A DNA stretch of 64,000 nucleotides, taken from assembly GCA_951406725.2 (NCBI GenBank), contig OX597824.1, forward strand, positions 32,860,001 to 32,924,000, written 5' to 3'. This DNA is from Octopus vulgaris (taxonomy: Eukaryota). The notes under the pieces were generated by a model, which worked only from the letters and a program-made list of their open reading frames with translations, was not told the DNA's origin and made no database searches. The stretch's first letter is position 1, and each line of letters begins with the position of its first letter. This document shows, piece after piece, positions 57,610-64,000 of the stretch. Position numbers and translations under genes: made by a program.

Positions 57610-59509
57610 ATAAGAGACTTATAAATGACAACAAAGGAGATAAAGTGAAGGTTAGCAAAAAGAGATTATCGTTAACTCAACTGACAGAGCTGAATTCTCA
57701 GTGAATAAAACTATTTTTCCTGCACAATCACTAGAATTTATTTAAGCCCAATCAATGTATGATTTGTGCAGTGAATAGTTTTTGTTAAAATTTGATGGCA
57801 TTTTATCTAAATCACCTTTTAAGCTGGCTTATTACACTGAGTAAAGTCAAAAAGACATACCTAATAAAATATCTTTCAAATGTAAATAAAATGTATGAAT
57901 AAAATGTATGAATTCGCTTTGCATCTTATAGAAACTGTGACTGTATTATGAAACTATCATAAATATGCAGAAAATATTTTATAAACGCCAGATTACTGCT
58001 ACAATGGATGTGTATAACACCTTAGCCATAATAACCTTGATTAAAACTGATCTGGATTAGTTTTTGCATGAAATAATTTGTTCGTTGGGAGCCAGCACAT
58101 TAAAGAGAGTAGCATACATTTGTCCTGAAAGCATTGAAAGAAAAGACAATGAATCAGCTTGACCCTTTTGCATTTAACCCTTTCGTTCATCATCATCATC
58201 ATCATCATCATCGTTTAACGTCCGTTTTCCACGCTAGCACGGGTTGGACAGTTCGACTGGGGTCTGGGAAGCCAGGGGCTGCACCAGGCTCCAGTTTGAT
58301 CTGGCAGAGTTTCTACAGCTGGATGCCCTTCCTAACGCCAACCACTCCACGAGTGTAGTGGGTGCTTTTTACGTGCCACCTGCACAGGTGCCAGGGGGGT
58401 CCGGCATCGGCCACGATCGGTTGGAGCTTTTAACATGCCACCGGCATGGAAGCCAGCCAACTATATATTTTGCAACGGCCACTATATATTTTGAGATGCT
58501 CAGTAACTTTAAATATAACAAAGAATTTAGTAAAATAACTTGGTTATCATTAAGTTAGTGTTAGGAACATAAATTGCGACTAAGCTTTGGTGGAAGATTT
58601 TAATTCAAAACTTAAGAAAACAAGACATTTGTATTCAGAGCCAGAGCCAGTTTCAGCCGGGTTGGTAACAAAAGGGTTAAACTGACCATATCTGACACAA
58701 AACATCTGACCAGGTTTACATATAAACTTACTAGATCCAGCATCTCACACCTGTCTTATAATATCATTCTAAAAATAAAAGATTCCATGGTTGGAATCTT
58801 GAAGTCACATGGTAATGCATGATTAATTGAAAGCAATGTGAATGAATAGGGATATCATTTGACAGAGTAATCTAAATGTTAATGGGTTGGAACACTCAAT
58901 TATTTGAAATATGCAAACAATTATGTATTATATATTTCTCATAAATGTATTTTAAAATGCTTATAATAATAATAATGAAATTATTGTATACAGTGCTCAG
59001 GTACACCACAACTTGTCAAAAGTGCGTATAAAGCATATGCAGTAATGTCAGTAATGTACAAATGTCTGGGAAGTGAACAGTGTATGAGTCAGATACATGT
59101 TTGCGTGTGTATGGAGGGAAGAAAGTCAGGTGTAGTGTTGGCGAATCTCAAGATGCATGGAAGTTTTGAAGGATGCAGTGCTCCGATAGCTAACAACTGA
59201 TGCCGGCAGTTTGTTCCATGCTTCTTGTGACAATTGATCTTATTTGGATGATTAAAAAAGTGGTAATTTACAAAGGAATTAGGGATCATCATCATCATCA
59301 TCATCATCATTTACCATCCATGTTGTCACAAGTTGGGCCTCTGAGTATAGACATTCTAGTTTGTTGTCATCTGTTAAAGAAATGCTTAATAAATGATAAG
59401 AAAGAAAAATTGTATAGGTTTTTCTTATGTTAGAGTCTTGCAGCAAAAGGCATTCTGTGTTGTTTGACTTTTAAAAAAATAACATAAAATGAAAGTGTGG
59501 GGAGGAGTG

Positions 59510-59548
<39 letters not shown>

Positions 59549-59672
59549 GAGAGTGAGAAAGGGAGATCCAAAATTTGTCCTTAATGCCAAATAATATTAT
59601 CAAAGTAAAAAATATATTTCTAATATTTATTAGCTACAAGATTCCTTAACCTTTGAGCATTTAAACTGATTA

Positions 59673-60830
59673 TACAAGGTGATATCAAAGGGTTTCTGGA
59701 CTATGTTTACTCTTTTACTTGTTTCACTCATTTGACTGTGGCCATGCTGGAGCACCACCTTTAGTCGAGCAAATTGACCCCAGGACTTATTCTTTGGAAG
59801 CCTCGTATTTATTCTATCGGTCTCTTTTGCCAAACTGCTAAATTACGGGGATGTAAATACACCAGCATCGGTTGTCAAGCGATGTTGGGGGACAAACAAA
59901 GACACATAAACATATACACACACATACATATATATACACATATACGATGGGCTTCTTTCAGTTTCTGTCTACCAAATCCACTCACAAGGCTTTGATTGGC
60001 CTGAGGCTGTAGTAGAAGATACTTACCTAAGGTGCCATGCAGTGGGAATGAACCAAAAACCATGTGGTTGATAAGCAAGCTACTTACCACACAGCCACTC
60101 CTGCGCCTATAATGTTTGATAAAGAAATAACTTATTTCCCTAAATTTTAACGTCATCTCCTTCAAAATAGTCACCTTGTGCAGCAATACACTGGTCCCCA
60201 TATTCCTGCCACTTTTGGGATCCGGCCTGGACGTTTTCTGTGAGTTGAGGACCTTCTGCAATTCACCCTGAATCTTGACAACAATGTTAAAACAGTGACC
60301 TTTGAACTGCATTTTCATCTTGGGGAAGAGATGGAAGTCCACAGGTGCTAAATCTGGCAAATAGGGCAGGTGCAAAAGTGATAACATCTTGATTTTGGTG
60401 AGAAACTCACGAGTGAGGAGAGCTCAGTGAAGAATCCAGTTCTTCATGCTCCACAGATTCAGTCACTTTTGCCAAATGTTCTCCTTCAAATGCTTCAAAA
60501 TGTCACAGTAGAACCCTTGATTGATGATCTGGCCCTCGGGGACAAATTCTCAATGCTCAATACCACATTTCCAGGGGTGACATTTCTGGTGTGTCTTCCA
60601 GATCACTCATCATCTTCTTAGATTGTTCATTGTCTTCTAGGGATATTTTTCTGCTTTTGAAGTATCCATGCTACCTGAAACATTGCGAACAGCCCATTAC
60701 CATAAGCTTGCCAAAACATGCTCAATATCTCTGTAGCAGACTTCCCAGGTTTAATGCAAAATTTCACGTTGGCTCTTTGTTCCTGTCCATGCAACAAAGC
60801 CGACTCTTTGAAATACAAGTACTACTCATT
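59673..60830 (-). mobile_element. Degenerate mariner element interrupted by SINE A
   Basis: EQRANVKFCIKPGKSATE at the N-terminus and HLPYLPDLAPVDFHLFPKMK at the C-terminus. TIR-like ta|caaggtgatatcaaagggtttctggact at 59673. Confidence 0.8.
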
Positions 60831-62412
60831 TTTGCCATCTGAGTGAACTGGAGCAACATGAAATAAAGTGCATTGCTCAAGGACACAATGCACTGCCTGG
60901 TATTGAACCCATGACTTACAATCATAAGCAGGATACCCTAACCACTATGCCACGTACCTTCACTGGTCTTGCACCAGTCACACTCTGAAACTCATTCCAA
61001 TCTTCAAAGCTATACGTTTCCATAAAATAGTTGTGTTACCAAATTTATTATTCTTTCAAACATGCTGTAACCATCAATATTTAGAATTAAAAGGGCTGTA
61101 AACAATCATATCCTAACAAAATATTTGTTTTTGGGCAGATTTATCATTTCAGACATACAACACCTTGATGCTATAGCATTCTTTGCCTATATTTCATGCA
61201 ACAACAGAGCAAAAAAAAAACCCCGAAAAGAACGAGCCATGTAGTAAGAGGTTTGCATCCCAGTCACATAGTTCAGGGTTCAGTCTCACTGCATGGCATC
61301 TTCTACTACAGCTTTAGGCTGACCAAAACCTTATGAGAGGACAGGAGTGGCTGTGTAGTAAGTAGCTTGCTTACCAGCCACATGGTTCCAGGTTCAGTCC
61401 CACTGCGTTGCACTTTGGGCAAGTGTCTTCTACTATAGCCTTTGGCCGACCAAAGCCTTGTAAGTAGATTTGGTAGATGGAAACTGAAAGAAGCCCATTG
61501 TATATATGTATATGTATATATATATGTGTGTGTGTGTTTGTGTGTCTGTGTTTGTTCCCCCAACATAGCTTGATAACCGATGTTGGTGTGTTTATGTCCC
61601 AGTAACTTAGTGGTTCAGCAAAAGAGATGGATAGAATAAGTACTAGGTTTCCAAAGGATAAGTCCTGGGGTCGATTTGCTCGACTAAAGGTGGTGCTCCA
61701 GCATGGTAGCAGTCAAATGACTGAAACAAGTAAAAGAGTATATATATATACACAAATATATATATGTAAATATGTGTGTGTGTCTTTGCCACCCCCACCA
61801 TAGCATGACTGCAACCTAAAGAATGAAGAATGAAGCAAGTAAAAGATAAAGGAATACCATCATTTCTACGCACAGTTTTCAAGTTAGCCATTCCTAAAAG
61901 GTACGTTGATGTTCTTTACTTCTGTCAAATAATAGTGTAGGGGAAGCAGGCCTTTGCAATCTCCCTATAATGAGTAAAAGGAATGTACATGTTAGGCCAC
62001 TCTTGTATTGCCTTTAGATCACATTTAGATTTGTCTTTTATTTGTTTGTCATTGGACTGCAGCCAATGCTGGAGTAGAGAATAAAACTACCAATTTTGTG
62101 CACAAGCAATGTGGTAGACACTGGACGAAGTTACTGATTGGGAAAATAATTCAGAATTCTACATAATTATCTATATAGTAGAGTATACAAATGCTGGCTT
62201 TGTAACCATGTGGTTTCAGTTCAACTCTTACTGAGTGGCACTTAGGGTGTCTTCTATTATAATTGTAGGCCTACCAATTTGTGAAACCTTATGGAAGCTT
62301 GCCATATAAATATATATATATGTCACTAAAGTGAACAAAGGACACTAATCAGTATCAGTATTGCTAGAAATAAAAGTCAAAACAACTCAATAGCCACAAA
62401 AGTACTATCTTA

Positions 62413-63683
62413 CGAGGGGCGTTCAATAAGTAATGCCCCTGACCCACTTCCCATAGCAGTAGAGCAACGAAACTTGGCACAGTTATTAGTCTTTTTCTAC
62501 ATAGGAACCATTCAGAGTTACACATTTCTACACAGACCGTTTTTGTAGAAGACCCCAGCTTGGTCCTCCAACCACGACGTGACTTCAGAAATCAAGGCTG
62601 CATCATCTGGGAAACGCTTTCCTTTCAAAAACAACTTCATGATTGGGAAGAGGTGAAAATCAGAGGGTGCAAGGTCAGGAAAGTAGGGGGGATGGGGGAG
62701 GAGTTCATAGCCGCACGCCTGTGCTTCTGATCTGGCAACACGCGAGTTGTAGACCGGAGCGTTGTCCTGCAGGAGGAGGATGCCTTTGCTGATCTTGCCC
62801 CGCCTCTTGATTTTGATAGCTTCTCTTAATTTCCTCAAAAGTGAAGCATAATAGGCTCCGTAATTGTGGTACCCTTTGCCAGGAAATCTGACAGCACTAC
62901 TCCGTCCTGGTCCCAGAAGACTGTGAGCATGACCTTGCCAGCGGAGGGCTGCACCCTTGCCTTCTTTGGAGGAGGTGAGTCACGGTGCTTCCACTGCATT
63001 GACTGGGCTTTGGTCTCTGGATCATAGTGATGGACCCAGGTTTCATTCTGTGTAATCAGTCTTTTGAAAAATTTTGATTCATCTTCTTGGCACATCTCCA
63101 AATTCATCCTCAAGCACTCGATGCGTTCTTGCTTCTGGAAAGGTTTGAGCAACCTGGGAATCCATCTGGCAGACACCTTTCGCATATGCAAATGGTCATG
63201 AATGATAGTTTCCACAGACCTGGTACTAAACTTGACCTCATAGGCTATTTGGCGAATAGTTATGCGTCGATCTTCCAAAATGGCAGCCTCAACTTGACGG
63301 ACAGATGCCTCATCAATGGCAGAAGGGGCGACCAGATCTGGGAGCTGTTTCCACAGAGTTCCAACCATGTTTGAATTCACGATGCCAGCGTTTTACAAGG
63401 TCATATGATGGGGCATCATCACCATAAGTTACTTTCATTTCATCAAAAGTCTCCCGAGGTGTGCGTCCTTTCAAATACAAAAACCGGATCACTGCTCAAC
63501 ACTCAACAGGCTCCATTTCACACTTGACTCAGTTCAAACACCTGTATATCAGAAACCACAATTAGTTCAGAGCTGTAATTTGCCACTTAATCTATAGAGA
63601 TATAAATAATTGCACATGTAAATTTTCAGCTAGATCAAACAACTGCAAGTGGGTCAGACGCATTACTTATTGAATGCCCCTCG
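62413..63683 (-). mobile_element. Full-length mariner transposon, inactive transposase (DD34D)
   Basis: TIRs CGAGGGGCGTTCAATAAGTAATG / CATTACTTATTGAATGCCCCTCG with TA TSD. ATG at 63516; motifs WIPRLL, ITQNETW (catalytic D to N), LQDNA, HPPYFPDLAPSDFHLF; frameshifts. Confidence 0.95.
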
Positions 63684-64000
63684 TAAATTACTGACAAGGG
63701 AGATAAGCTCCCTATTGTCGCAGAGTATAGCCAGATCATTGATGATCTGACTATATCTGTGACCGTAAGGAGCTTGTCTCCCCTGTTAGTAATTTAAGAT
63801 AGTGCTTTTGTGGCTATTGAGTTGTTTTGACTTTTATTTCTAGCAATACTGATGCCGATTAGTGTCCTTTGTTCATTTTAGTGACATATATATTTCTGCC
63901 TTCAGGTTCTAAAATTTCAAATTAGCCACCCATATTATTTATTTATATATATATATAGTTGTCTGGGGAGAGTCATTTTCTTTTTGTGCCTTATAATGTA

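Overview
AT-rich, microsatellite- and TE-saturated animal genomic DNA. The SINE families and repeat style look like an octopus (cephalopod) genome, which is an inference. Almost all ORFs in the supplied track are microsatellite or TE artefacts. The real genic signal is a dispersed, co-oriented (minus strand) array of four small single-pass membrane protein ORFs at about 3.6, 26.4, 34.4 and 57.2 kb (61-91 aa). They share a Y-x(13-14)-YY-x-F-[LF]-[WY]-x-P helix resembling the InaF/TRP-interacting motif. Each stop codon is followed by a candidate splice donor, and a candidate non-coding terminal exon lies at about 0.94-1.2 kb. This layout recalls the Drosophila inaF locus, where alternative micro-protein exons are spliced to a shared 3' exon. 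The rest of the window holds a Penelope-like element (RT + GIY-YIG), type I hammerhead ribozyme motifs, Tc1/mariner copies, hAT-type and 8-bp-TSD MITEs, Helitron-like elements, a solo LTR, R4/Dong, RTE and CR1 LINE fragments, a 5S rRNA/SINE chimera, many tRNA-SINEs and several long fold-back inverted repeats. Boundaries of degenerate elements are approximate.
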